Positions 1 to 12,376 of a stretch of DNA of 64,000 bases are shown piece by piece. A program made the position numbers and the translations under genes. The notes under the pieces are model-generated. The model searched no databases. It had not been told where the DNA came from and saw only the letters and a program-made list of their open reading frames with translations. The stretch is taken from positions 558,001 to 622,000 of the forward strand of contig JAPDFW010000055.1 of the NCBI GenBank assembly GCA_028826165.1. Reading direction: 5' to 3'. Each line of letters opens with the position of its first letter. Positions within the stretch are counted from its first letter, which is position 1. The DNA comes from Anaeramoeba ignava BMAN. Taxonomy: Eukaryota; Protista; Anaeramoebae.

Positions 1-90
1 TCCAATAAAAAATTTGATCTTTTTAAGAAGCTTTTCTTGATTTTTTTCTCTACAAATTGATAAAAATTTCTTTTCTTGTTCTTTTTGCAT
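1..90 (-). CDS. 5' end of a gene running off the window edge (MQKEQEKKFLSICREKNQEKLLKKIKFFIG...), product unknown
   Basis: ATG at 90, open frame to position 1, non-repetitive sequence. Confidence 0.5.
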   Translation of the reverse strand, partial: MQKEQEKKFLSICREKNQEKLLKKIKFFIG

Positions 91-295
91 TTTTATGAAA
101 AAGAAAAAATGAAAAATGAAAAATGAAAAATGATTTTTGAAATTTTGATTTTAATTTTGATTTTAATTTTAATTTTAATTTTAATTTTAATTTTAATTTT
201 GATTTTGAATTTGATTTTAAATTTAATTTTGATTTTAATTTTGATTTTAATTTTTAATTTTAATTTTAATTTTGATTTAATTTTGATTTTGATTT

Positions 296-2254
296 TCAAT
301 TTGATTTTGATTTTGATTTTGATTTTGATTTTGATTTTGATTTTGATTTTAAATTTAAATTTAATTTTAATTTTGATTTATATTTTAATTTTGATTTATA
401 TTTTGATTTTGATTTATATTTTGGTTTTGGTTTTGAATTTTGATTTTGATTTTGATTTTGATTTTGATTTTGATTTTGATTATTAAATTTGTTAATTAAT
501 AAATCAAATAAATTTGGATTTGTTTGATTTAATTGAAAATAATCAATTCCAATTTTAATTTCATCAATTATTTCTTGTGTAATTTTAATTTCATCTTTAA
601 TTTGATTTGAATAAATCCAATATTCAAATAATTGAAATGATTTATTACTTAATTCACTATAATCTGTAACTTTATTAGAAGTATCATTTGTTACAGATAA
701 AAACATTCCTCGATATAATTCACTTCTCATTATTAATATTAATTTAGGAAATTTATATTGTTTTTCATTTCTTTCAATAATAAAATCTTTTTCATTTTCA
801 TTTTCATTTTCATTTTCATTTTCATTTAAATAAACTCTTTTCATTGTTTCTTCAATTTTTTCATTTGAATTTATGATTTCTTTAATTTCAGAATATAATT
901 TTGGATTTATAATTCTGTTTGAATAAATCATTTCAAATATTTGATTTGATTCTTTAATTGATTTATTTGAAATAATTTCTTTAAGTTTTTCAATTTCATT
1001 TTGATTTTGATTTAATCTATATTTCAATATTAATTTATGAGCTTTGATTATTTCTCCATTTTTAGTTTTAAATGAAATATCACAAAATTCTTTTCTTCTA
1101 AATAGTTTTATCAAATCTTCTTCAAGATTGGAAAAAGAAAAAGGAGAATAATAAAGAAATGATTTTTGATTACCACAAGAAATATGATAACTGGAAATAT
1201 TTTCATTAAATCTTAATTTAGGAAGTTCAATTTGAATTGGAATTGATTGATCATTTGTATCTCCAGTTCCTAATTGACCAAACAAATTATCTCCAAATCC
1301 AATCAATTTTGAATTAGAAGTTAAAATCAAAGTATGATAATATCCAACAGAAAAATCAAGAATATTATCATCATTTTCAAATAAAGATGATTTGATTTCA
1401 GTAAATTCATAAGTATCCTCATTTTTGCCAAGTCCATTGTTTAGATAATCTCCACATGAATAAAGTTTTCTTTTTGGATTTTCATTTTCATTTTCATTTT
1501 CAATCAACATTATTGAATGATAATTTCCACATTTAATATCAATTATTTTACCTTTTGGAATATTTTGGATTTTGGTTAATTTTTGGATTGTTTTTCTTCT
1601 TGATTTTCCTAATCCAAGTTGGTTATATTGATTATTACCGCATCCAAATAATTCTTGATTCGAATTTAAAAGAAAAACATGATAAGATGAAATTCCTGAA
1701 AATATTTTAGAAACATTTTTCATCATTAAAATTGGTTTTTGTATTCTTTTCACTTTTTTAGTTGATTTCCAAACAACAATTTTTCTAAATTTATTTGAAC
1801 CAATTCGATAAGCATTTTGATTTGAAGTTAATAAGTAAATTGATTGAGCTCCAGAAACAATATCTTCAATTATTCTATCATTTGTATCTTCAATTAATGA
1901 TGAAATATTGATAAATTTATTTGGATTAATTGGACTAATATATTTTCCTTTGGCAAATACATTTCCTTCTTTTGTTAAAATAGCTTCATTTTGCCAACCA
2001 ACAGTTACTTTTTGAATATTTTCTTCAATTTGGATTTTTTCAGGATTTTGATTTAAATCATTTAAATATTCTATTGCTTTTCCATTTTTGAAAAGGAAAA
2101 TTGTTGAATAACTTCCTGATGAAATTTGTTTAATTTGTTTTTCATTTTCATTTTCATTTTTAAATTTAAATTGAATTGGTTTTGTTATTAAATCTGGTTC
2201 ATTTTTAAAAAGTTTTGGATATTGATTTAAACCAAAAAATAAAATTTCATTCAT
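296..2254 (-). CDS. RCC1-repeat + BTB-like domain protein (paralog 1)
   Basis: RCC1 motifs (FGCGNNQYNQLGLG, CGNYHS, GYYHTLIL, FGDNLFGQLGTG); BTB-like DISFKT..IKAHKLIL and ILIMRSELYRGMF; C-terminus runs into (AAAATC)n. Confidence 0.9.
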   Translation of the reverse strand: MNEILFFGLNQYPKLFKNEPDLITKPIQFKFKNENENEKQIKQISSGSYSTIFLFKNGKAIEYLNDLNQNPEKIQIEENIQKVTVGWQNEAILTKEGNVFAKGKYISPINPNKFINISSLIEDTNDRIIEDIVSGAQSIYLLTSNQNAYRIGSNKFRKIVVWKSTKKVKRIQKPILMMKNVSKIFSGISSYHVFLLNSNQELFGCGNNQYNQLGLGKSRRKTIQKLTKIQNIPKGKIIDIKCGNYHSIMLIENENENENPKRKLYSCGDYLNNGLGKNEDTYEFTEIKSSLFENDDNILDFSVGYYHTLILTSNSKLIGFGDNLFGQLGTGDTNDQSIPIQIELPKLRFNENISSYHISCGNQKSFLYYSPFSFSNLEEDLIKLFRRKEFCDISFKTKNGEIIKAHKLILKYRLNQNQNEIEKLKEIISNKSIKESNQIFEMIYSNRIINPKLYSEIKEIINSNEKIEETMKRVYLNENENENENENEKDFIIERNEKQYKFPKLILIMRSELYRGMFLSVTNDTSNKVTDYSELSNKSFQLFEYWIYSNQIKDEIKITQEIIDEIKIGIDYFQLNQTNPNLFDLLINKFNNQNQNQNQNQNQNQNSKPKPKYKSKSKYKSKLKYKSKLKLNLNLKSKSKSKSKSKSKSKSN

Positions 2255-2604
2255 TTTTAAAAAGAAAAAAATGAAAAAAAATGAAAAAAATGATTTTGGA
2301 ATTTTGATTTTTAATTTTAATTTTGATTTTGATTTTAATTTTAATTTTAATTTTAATTTTAATTTTAATTTTAAATTTAATTTTTATTTTAATTTTAATT
2401 TTAATTTTAATTTTAATTTTAATTTTAATTTTAATTTTAATTTTAATTTTAATTTTAATTTTAATTTTAATTTTAATTTTAATTTTAAATTTTAATTTTA
2501 ATTTTAATTTTAATTTTAATTTTAATTTTAATTTTAATTTAAATTTTGATTTTTTAATTTTAATTTTTATTTTTATATTTTGATTTTAAATTTTGATTTT
2601 AATT

Positions 2605-4555
2605 TTAATTTTGATTTAATTTTGATTTATATTTTGATTTATATTTTGGTTTATATTTATATTTTGGTTTTGGTTTTGGTTTTGATTTTGATTTATATTT
2701 ATATTTTGGTTTTGGTTTTGAATTTTGATTTTGATTTTGATTTTGATTTTGATTTTGATTTTGATTTTGATTTTGATTTTGATTTTGATTTTGATTTTTA
2801 AATTTGTTAATTAATAAATCAAATAAATTTGGATTTGTTTGATTTAATTGAAAATAATCAATTCCAATTTTAATTTCATTAATGATTTCTTGTGTAATTT
2901 GAATTCCTTCTTTAATTTGATTTGAATAAATCCAATATTCAAATATTTGAAATGATTTATTACTTAATTCACTATAATCTGTAACTTTATTAGAAGTATC
3001 ATTTGTTACAGATAAAAACATTCCTCGATATAATTCACTTCTCATTATTAATATTAATTTTGGAAATTTATATTGTTTTTCTTTTCTTTCAATAATAAAA
3101 TCTTTTTCATTTTCTTTTTCATTTTCATTTAAATAAATTCTTTTCATTGTTTCTTCAATTTTTTCATTTGAATTTATAATTTCTTTAATTTCAGAATATA
3201 ATTTTGGATTTATAATTCTGTTTGAATAAATCATTTCAAATATTTGATTTGATTCTTTAATTGATTTATTTGAAATAATTTCTTGAAGTTTTTTAATTTG
3301 ATTTTGATTTTGATTTAATCTGTATTTTAATATTAATTTATGAGCTTCAATTATTTCTCCATTTTTGGTTTTAAATGAAATATTACAAAATTCTTTTCTT
3401 CGAAATAGTTTTATCAAATCTTCTTCAAGATTGGAAAAAGAAAGAGGAGAATAATAAAGAAATGATCTATTATATCCACAAGAAACATGATAATTGGAAA
3501 TATCTTCATTAAATCTTAATTTAGGAAATCTATTTTGAATTGGAATTAATTGGTTTTGTGTATTTCCAGTTCCTAATTGACCATATTTGTTATTTCCCAA
3601 ATCCAATTAATTTCCTTTTTGAAGTTAAAATCAAAGTATGCAGATATCCAACAGAAAAATCAAGAATAATATCATCATTTTCAAATAAAGATGTTTTGAT
3701 TTCAGTAAATTCATAAGTATCTTCATATTTCCCAAGTCCATTATATGCATAATCTCCACATGAATAAAGTTTTCTTTTTGGATTTTCATTTTCATTTTCA
3801 ATCAACATTATTGAATGATAATTTCCACATTTAATATCAATTATTTTGCCTTTTGGAATATTTTGTATTTTGCTTTCTTTTCTTGATTTTCCTAATCCAA
3901 CTTGGCCTTGTTGATTGTTTCCGTATCCAAATAATTCTTGATTCGAATTTAAAAGAAAAACAGAATATGAAGAATTTCCTGAAAATATTTTAGAAACATT
4001 TTTCATCATTAAAATTGGTTTTTCTGTTCTTTTCACTTTTTTAGAACCAAAACCAAGTTGACCATAATAATTATCACCAATTCCGTAAACATTTTGATTT
4101 GAAGTTAATAAGTAAATTGAATGCCTTGAGCAAACAATATCTTGAATTATTCTATCATTTGTATCTTCAATTAATGATGAAATATTAATAAATTCTTTTG
4201 GATTTCTTAGATTAATATCTTTTCCTTTTGCAAATACATTTCCTTCTATTGTTAAAATAGCTTCATTATCATAACCAACAGTTACTTTTTGAATATTTTC
4301 TTCAATTTGGATTTTTTCAGGATTTTGATTTGCGTATTCTTTATTTAAATATTCTATTGCTTTTCCATTTTTAAAAAGGAAAATTGTTCCAAAATTTGAT
4401 GTTGAAATTTGTTTAATTTGTTTTTCATTTTCATTTTCATTTTCATTTTCATTTTCATTTTTAAATTTAAATTGAATTGGTTTTGTTATTTCATCTGGTT
4501 TATTTTTAATAAGTTCTGGATTTTGATTTAAACCAAAAAATAAACAATCATTCAT
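2605..4555 (-). CDS. RCC1-repeat + BTB-like domain protein (paralog 2); ORFs 3590-4555 and 2605-3606 joined across a frameshift near 3600
   Basis: Collinear and highly similar to paralog 1; the LIGFG-NNKYGQLGTG motif is split by the frameshift. Confidence 0.85.
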
Positions 4556-5101
4556 TTTTAAAAAGAAAAAAAATGAAAAATGAAAAAAATAAATTTTAAT
4601 TTTGATTTTAATTTTGAATTTTGATTTTGATTTTAATTTTAATTTTAATTTTAATTTTGATTTTAATTTTAATTTTAATTTAAATTTTAAATTTTAATTT
4701 TAATTTTGATTTTAATTTTAATTTTAATTTTAATTTTAATTTTAATTTTAATTTTAATTTTAATTTTAATTTTAATTTTAATTTTAATTTTAATTTTGAT
4801 TTTAATTTTAATTTTAATTTTAATTTTAATTTCAATTTTAAATTTAATTTTAAATTTAATTTTGATTTTAATTTTAATTTTAATTTTAATTTTAATTTTG
4901 ATTTTTATTTTGATTATAATTTTGAATTTTAATTTTAATTTTAATTTTAATTTTAATATTAATTTTAATTTTAATTTTGATTTTAATTTTGAATTTTGAT
5001 TTTAATTTAAATTTTAATTTTAATTTTAATTTTGATTTTGATTTTGATTTTAATTTTAATTTTGATTTTAATTTTCATTTTTAATTTTAATTATTTCTTG
5101 T

Positions 5102-7461
5102 TTAAAAAATTAAACATTTTTCTTTCTTTTTAATTTGAATTTGATTTTGATTTTGATTTTGATTTTGATTTTGATTTTGATTTTGATTTTGATTATTAAA
5201 TTTGTTAATTAATAAATCAAATAAATTTGGATATGTTTGATTTAATTGAAAATAATCAATTCCAATTTTAATTTCATTAATAATTTCTTGTGTAATTTGA
5301 ATTTCATCTTTAATTTGATTTGAATAAATCCAATATTCAAATATTTGAAATGATTTATTACTTAGTTCACTATAATCTGTAACTTTATTAGAAGTATCAT
5401 TTGTTACAGATAAAAACATTCCTCGATATAATTCACTTCTCATTATTAATATTAATTTTGGAAATTTATATTGTTTTTCTTTTCTTTCAATTATAAAATC
5501 TTTTTCATTTTCATTTTCATTTTCATTTAAATAAATTCTTTTCATTGTTTCTTCAATTTTTTCATTTAAATTTATAATTTCTTTAATTTCAGAATATAAT
5601 TTTGGATTTATTTTTCTGTTTGAATAAATCATTTCAAATATTTGATTTGATTCTTTAATTGATTTATTTGAAATAATTTCTTGAAGTTTTTCAATTTGAT
5701 TTTGATTTTGATTTTGATTTAATCTATATTTCAATATTAATTTATGAGCTCCAATTATTTCTCCATTTTTGGTTTTAAATGAAATATTGCAAAATTCTTT
5801 TCTTCGAAATAGTTTTATCAAATCTTCTTCAAGATTGGAAAAAGAAGGAGAAGAATAATAAAGAAATGAATGCAAATAACCACAAGAAATATGATAATTA
5901 GAAATATCTTCATTAAATCTTAATTTAGGAAGTTCAATTTGAATTTGAATTGGTTGATTATTTGTATCTCCAGTTCCTAATTGACCAAAGTTATTTAAAC
6001 CAAAACCTATTAGTTTCCCTTTTGAAGTTAAAATCAAAGTATGACTATATCCAACAGAAAAATCAAGAATATTATTATCATTTTCAAATAAAGATGATTT
6101 GATTTCAGTAAATTCATAAGTATGCTCATTTTTGCCAAGTCCATTATATTGAGAATATCCACATGAATAAAGTTTTCTTTTTGAATTTTCATTTTGATTT
6201 TGATTTTGATTTTGATTTTGATTTTGATTTTGATTTTGATTTTGATTTTGATTTTGATTTTGATTTTCATTTTGATTTTGATTTTCATTTTGATTTTGAA
6301 TTTGATTTTGATTTTCATTTTGATTTTGATTTTTTTCATTTTGATTTTGATTTTCATTTTGATTTTTTTGATTTTGATTTTGATTTTGATTTTGATTTTG
6401 ATTTTGATTTTCATTTTGATTTTGATTTTGATTTTGATTTTGATTTTGATTTTGATTTTGATTTTGATTTTGATTTTGATTTTGATTTTGATTTTGATTT
6501 TGATTTTGAATTTGATTTTGAATTTTGATTTTGATTTTGATTTTGATTTTTGATTTTGATTTTGATTTTGATTTTGATTTTGATTTTGATTTTGATTTTG
6601 ATTTTGATTTTGATTTTGAATTTGAATTTGATTTTGATTTTGATTTTCATTTTCAATCAACATTATTGAATAAGCAACTCCACATTGAATATCAATTATT
6701 TTGCCTTTTGGAATATTTTGGATTTTGGTTAATTTATAGATTTTTGTTTCTTCTTTTGTTGACTCTCCTAATCCAAGTTTACTATATTGATTATCCCCGC
6801 ATCCAAATAATTCTTGATTTGAATTTAAAAGAAAAACAGAATTTGAATCAGTTCCTGAAAATATTTTAGAAACATTTTTCATCATTAAAATTGGTTTTTC
6901 TGTTTTATAAAGTGGATTAGAATCAAAACCAAGTTGACCAAAACCATTTGAGCCAATTCCATAAGCATTATGATTTGAAGTTATTAAGTAAATTGAATGC
7001 ATTCCAGAAACAATATCTTGAATTATTCTATCATTTTTATCTTCAATTAATGATGAAATATTGATAAATTCTTTTGGATTAATTGAACTAATATTTCTTC
7101 CTTTGGCAAATACATTTCCTTCTTTTGTTAAAATAGCTTCATTGTGATAGCCAACTGTTACTTTTTCAATATTTTCAATTTGGATTTTTGAAGAATTTTG
7201 TTTTGAATATTTTTCTTCATTTAAATATTGAATTGCTTTTCCATCTTCAAAAAGGAAAATTGTTGAAAATAAACCTGTTGAAATTTGTTTAATTTGTTTT
7301 TCATTTTCATTTTCATTTTCATTTTCATTTTCATTTTCATTTTCATTTTCATTTTCATTTTCATTTTCAAATTTAAATTGAATTGGTTTTTTTATTTTTT
7401 CTGGTTCATTTTTGAAAAGTTTTGGAGATTGATTTAAACCAAAAAATAAACAATCATTCAT
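5102..7461 (-). CDS. RCC1-repeat + BTB-like domain protein (paralog 3) with a ~460 bp (AAAATC/AAAATG)n expansion at ~6190-6650 that breaks the frame
   Basis: Starts MNDCLFFGLNQ like paralog 2; homology resumes after the repeat (KRKLYSCG..., LILTSKGKLIGFG). Confidence 0.85.
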
Positions 7462-7519
7462 TTTTGAAAAGAAAAAAATGAAAAAATGAATTTTAATTTT
7501 AAATTTGTTAATCAAATTA

Positions 7520-8120
<601 letters not shown>

Positions 8121-8281
8121 AAGAAAAAAAAAAGAATTGTAAAGGTTTTTGATTTAATTGATTTTTCTTTTCTCAAATAATAAGAAAATTTCGAACCTAA
8201 CAAGAAAGAAAAAAAAGAAAAAAAAGAGAAAAAGAGAAAAAGAAATTGAAAAAGAAAGAGAAAGAAAAAGTGAAAAAAAAC

Positions 8282-9070
8282 TCAAATATTCTCCAAAATT
8301 AATTTAGCAATATCTTCGTTATCAATTGATTTATGAAACTCAGCAGCAGTTAAATCATTAGAATTCTTAATATTAAAATCAATTCTTTCTTTAAACTTCA
8401 ACATTTTTTCAGCAACCTTGATATCTTTAGCATAATGTAAAGGAGTAAAACCGAAAAAATCTTGAGCATTGATATCAGCATTTTGTGAACATAATTCCTC
8501 AACAATTTCAACATGTCCTTGATGAGCAGCATGATGCAAAGCGGTTCCACCCAAATCATTTTTGGCTTGAAGATCGATATCTTTGACATTAAGAAGCTCC
8601 TTAACAACACCATATTTGCCATAATGAGAAGCAGAAATCAAAGCTGTCCACTTTTTTTGATCGGAAAAATTAACGGAAATTTCTTGACTTAAAAGTGATT
8701 GAACTTGAGATAAATCGCCTTTTTTTGAGTAATAAATCAACAAACTTCCGTTGATTTCTTTTGGGTCAGTTTTGTCCCCATTTTCCGTTAAAATTTTGAT
8801 CATTTGCTTTTTTCCAAAACAACCTGCCAAAGTTGAAGCAGTCATTTTTTTATTATCTCTGATATTTGGATCTGCTTTAAAAGATAAGAGTTCCTTCACA
8901 ATATCTTCATTTCCTAAAAGAACTGCATGCATTAATCCTGTCATTCCGTTGGAATCTTTTGTATTTACTTTTCCTCCATTTTTTAGTATGTAGTTGATGT
9001 TTTGCAGTTTTTGTTCTTTGACTGCATGTATTAATGGTGGTTCTCCAAATGTATCTGAAAAATTTAACAT
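8282..9070 (-). CDS. Ankyrin repeat protein
   Basis: Repeated ankyrin consensus: GMTGLMHAV, WTALISAS, GGTALHHAAHQGHVEIVEEL, GFTPLHYA. Confidence 0.93.
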   Translation of the reverse strand: MLNFSDTFGEPPLIHAVKEQKLQNINYILKNGGKVNTKDSNGMTGLMHAVLLGNEDIVKELLSFKADPNIRDNKKMTASTLAGCFGKKQMIKILTENGDKTDPKEINGSLLIYYSKKGDLSQVQSLLSQEISVNFSDQKKWTALISASHYGKYGVVKELLNVKDIDLQAKNDLGGTALHHAAHQGHVEIVEELCSQNADINAQDFFGFTPLHYAKDIKVAEKMLKFKERIDFNIKNSNDLTAAEFHKSIDNEDIAKLILENI

Positions 9071-9233
9071 TTTCTTTTGTTTTGATGTTCAATTATTTTT
9101 TTTTTTGAAAAGATTTAAAAGGAAAAAAATGAAAAAAATTTTTTGGTTTTTTTTTTTTAAATTTTTACAAAACAAAATAATTGAATGAAATAGAAAATTA
9201 GTTTTTCTTTTTATTCTTTATTAAATTTTTAAA

Positions 9234-9890
9234 TTGATTTATAAATTGATTTTGATTTTGATTTTGATTTTGATTTTGATTTTAATTTTGATTTTGATTT
9301 TGATTTTAATTTTGATTTTGATTTTGATTTTGATTTTGATTTTGATTTTGATTTTGATTTATAAATTGATTTTGATTTTGATTTTGATTTTGATTTTGAA
9401 ATTGATTTATAAATTGATTTTGATTTTGATTTTGATTTTGATTTTGATTTTGATTTTGATTTTGATTTTGATTTTGATTTTAATTTTGAAATTGATTTAT
9501 AAATTGAATTTGAATTATAAATTGAATTTGAATTATAAATTGAATTTGAATTATAAATTGAATTTGATTTATAAATTGAAATTGAAATTGATTTTGATTT
9601 TGATTTTGATTTTGATTTATAAATTGAAATTGATTTATAAATTGATTTTGATTTTGATTTTGATTTTGATTTTGAAATTGATTTATAAATTGAAATTGAT
9701 TTATAAATTGAAATTGATTTATAAATTGATTTATAAATTGAAATTGATTTATAAATTGATTTTGATTTTGATTTTGATTTTGATTTTGATTTTGAAATTG
9801 ATTTTGATTTAAATTTTGATTTTGATTTTGAAATTGAAATTGAAATTGAAATTGAAATTGAAATTGAAATTGAAATTGAAATTGAAATTT
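9234..9890. repeat. (TTTTGA)n/(AATTGA)n hexamer microsatellite
   Basis: Visible tandem repeat. Confidence 0.9.
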
Positions 9891-9902
9891 GTTCAGCTTC
9901 AT

Positions 9903-10471
9903 TTAATCATCTAAATTTATACTCTTTCCAAATTTTGCATATAACAATTTCTTTAAAACATCCATTCTTTCTTCAATTTTATTAAGTTCTTCACTTAAAG
10001 TATCTTTATTTTTAGTAATTTTTTGAATTTTAGTTTCTATTAATTCTTCAGCCATTTGTTTATCAAGACTAAGAAATGAATCACTAACTAAAACTCTATT
10101 AAAAAAAAATCAAAAAAATTTTAAATAAAAAAATTTAAATAAAAATTTTAATAAAAAATTTAAATAAAAAATTTTAAATAAAAATTTAAATAAAAAATTT
10201 TAAATTATAATTACAAAACTGGTTGATCTTCATCAAATAATATCATTTCTGTTTGGCAATCATCAAGATTTTGTAATTCATTCTGAATATTTTTTTTATT
10301 TAAAAATTAATATTTTTTTTAATTTAAAAAAAAAAAATATAATAAACAAACTGTATAATTTGTAATTTCAGTTTTAAGTTCATGAAAACGTAAATTTAAT
10401 TTTCCAAATTCATTAATAGATTCTTGGTCTTCAAAAGTAACATCAACTTCTTTATCAAAAGCAGTTTTCAT
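9903..10471 (-). CDS. PFDN4: Prefoldin subunit 4, 3 exons (absent from ORF track)
   Basis: Manual translation: MKTAFDKEVDVTFEDQESINEFGKLN...ELQNLDD...LYAKFGKSINLDD*, matching the PFDN4 motifs VTFEDQ and LYAKFG.INL; two GT-AG introns. Confidence 0.92.
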
Positions 10472-10564
10472 TTTGTTTTTTGTTTTTGAATAAAAAATGG
10501 AAAAAAAAAAATGAAAAAATTAAAAAATTAAAATTTTTTTTTTCATTTTTTTTTTTTAAAAGAA

Positions 10565-12016
10565 ATGGAAACTTATTTAAATTATGAAAAACTTTCAAAT
10601 GATTTAAAAACTTTAATTGAGAATCAAAATGAAAATTATTATGATTTTGAAATAATTTGTGATTTTAATTCAAATGAAAATTCAATTCAAAATTCAAATC
10701 AAAATTCAAATGAAAATTCATTTAAAACTCATAAATCAATTCTTTCTTCAAGAAGTCATTATTTTAAATCTCTTTTTCGTTCAAAAATGAAAGAATTCCA
10801 ACAAAATAAAATCATTTTAAAAGATGTTTCAAGTCAAATTCTATCTTCAATTTTAAATTATTTTTATTCAGGAAAAATTGAAGTTAATTTAGAAAATGTT
10901 ATTGAAATTTTAATTTTTTCATCAAAATATTTAATTGATGAATTAATTGAATTTTGTTTAAACTTTATCAAAAAAAATTGCCAATTAGAAATTGTTGTTG
11001 ATCTTCTTAAATTATCTGATTCAAGAAATCTCAAGGAATTATTGGATTTTTGTTATCAATTTATTTTGGAAAGATTTGATGAATTTTTAAATTCTCCTTT
11101 TTTTATTCAACTTGAAGAAAATCATCTAATTTCAATTTTATCAAATGATGAAATTTCAACAAATGAATTTGAAATTTTCCATAAAATAACCAAATGGGGA
11201 AAGAATAGACTAAATATTAATCAAGAAAAAAGAATCATTGATAATCAAGAAAAAGAACAATTCAAAAACCTAATTTCAAATGTTATTGATAAAATCAGAT
11301 TTATTGATTTTTCAAAAGAAGAACTTGATCATGTTTTGAAAGAAGATTTAATTCCAAATCAAATTTCAGAAAAATTAACTGAATTCCAAAAACTTGAACA
11401 AAATGATGAAAAAGAATTGGAAGAATTTATTGAAAACCAAAATTCATTCATTTTTAAACAAAGATTCCGATTTCGATCATCAATAATTCAAGAAAAACAA
11501 CAAGTAAATCAATTAAAAGAATGGATAAATGATGATAAAAATTTTGCTCGAATGAAAAAAGGATTTTCAGCAAAACAAGATGGATTTTCAGGTGAAGATT
11601 TCCATAATAAATGTGATAACAAAGGAAGAACATTAATTATTATCAAGACATCCAATGATTCTATTTTTGGAGCATATACAAAAGTTGGATTTATTTCAGG
11701 AAATGAAAGATTTATTGAAGATCCAAATGCTTTCATCTTCTCATTCAAAAATCCCAATAATGATCCTCCTCAAAAATTCTCAATCAAAGAAGGAGAAGAA
11801 GCATTTGCTCTTTATCATCGTCCTGGTTTTGGTCCCTATTTTGGAAAGGGTTATGATATCTGTTTCAATTATAATCTTCAACCTAAAATGTTTAATTTTG
11901 GTTTAAGTTATAATCTTCCAAATGGTATTTCTTATGCAAGTGATGAAGCAAGAAGTTTTATTGCTGGTTTTTTTGGAACTTGGAGAGTTGAAGAATTTGA
12001 ATGCCATTTCATTTAA
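10565..12016 (+). CDS. BTB/POZ-BACK-TLDc domain protein
   Basis: FKTHKSILSSRSHYFKSLFRSKMKE (BTB); BACK helices; DGFSGEDFHNKCDNKGRTLIIIKT..IFGAY..AFIFS..GPYFG (TLDc). Confidence 0.92.
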   Translation: METYLNYEKLSNDLKTLIENQNENYYDFEIICDFNSNENSIQNSNQNSNENSFKTHKSILSSRSHYFKSLFRSKMKEFQQNKIILKDVSSQILSSILNYFYSGKIEVNLENVIEILIFSSKYLIDELIEFCLNFIKKNCQLEIVVDLLKLSDSRNLKELLDFCYQFILERFDEFLNSPFFIQLEENHLISILSNDEISTNEFEIFHKITKWGKNRLNINQEKRIIDNQEKEQFKNLISNVIDKIRFIDFSKEELDHVLKEDLIPNQISEKLTEFQKLEQNDEKELEEFIENQNSFIFKQRFRFRSSIIQEKQQVNQLKEWINDDKNFARMKKGFSAKQDGFSGEDFHNKCDNKGRTLIIIKTSNDSIFGAYTKVGFISGNERFIEDPNAFIFSFKNPNNDPPQKFSIKEGEEAFALYHRPGFGPYFGKGYDICFNYNLQPKMFNFGLSYNLPNGISYASDEARSFIAGFFGTWRVEEFECHFI

Positions 12017-12376
12017 AATATTTTCATTCATTTTTTTTTTAATCATTAAAAGAAATTCTCAAAAACAATTTTGATTTTTATTTTGATTTTGATTTTGAAT
12101 TTGATTTTGATTTTGAATTTTAATTTTAATTTTATTTTGATTTTAATTTTAATTTTAATTTTAATTTTAATTTTAATTTTAATTTTAATTTTTAATTTTA
12201 ATTTTAATTTTAATTTTAATTATAATTTTGATTTTGATTTTAATTTTAATTTTAATTTTGATTTTAATTTTTATTTTAATTTTAATTTTATTTTTGATTT
12301 TGATTTTGATTTTAATTTTGATTTTAATTTTAATTTTAATTTTAATTTAATTTTCATTTTGATTTTAATTTTGATT

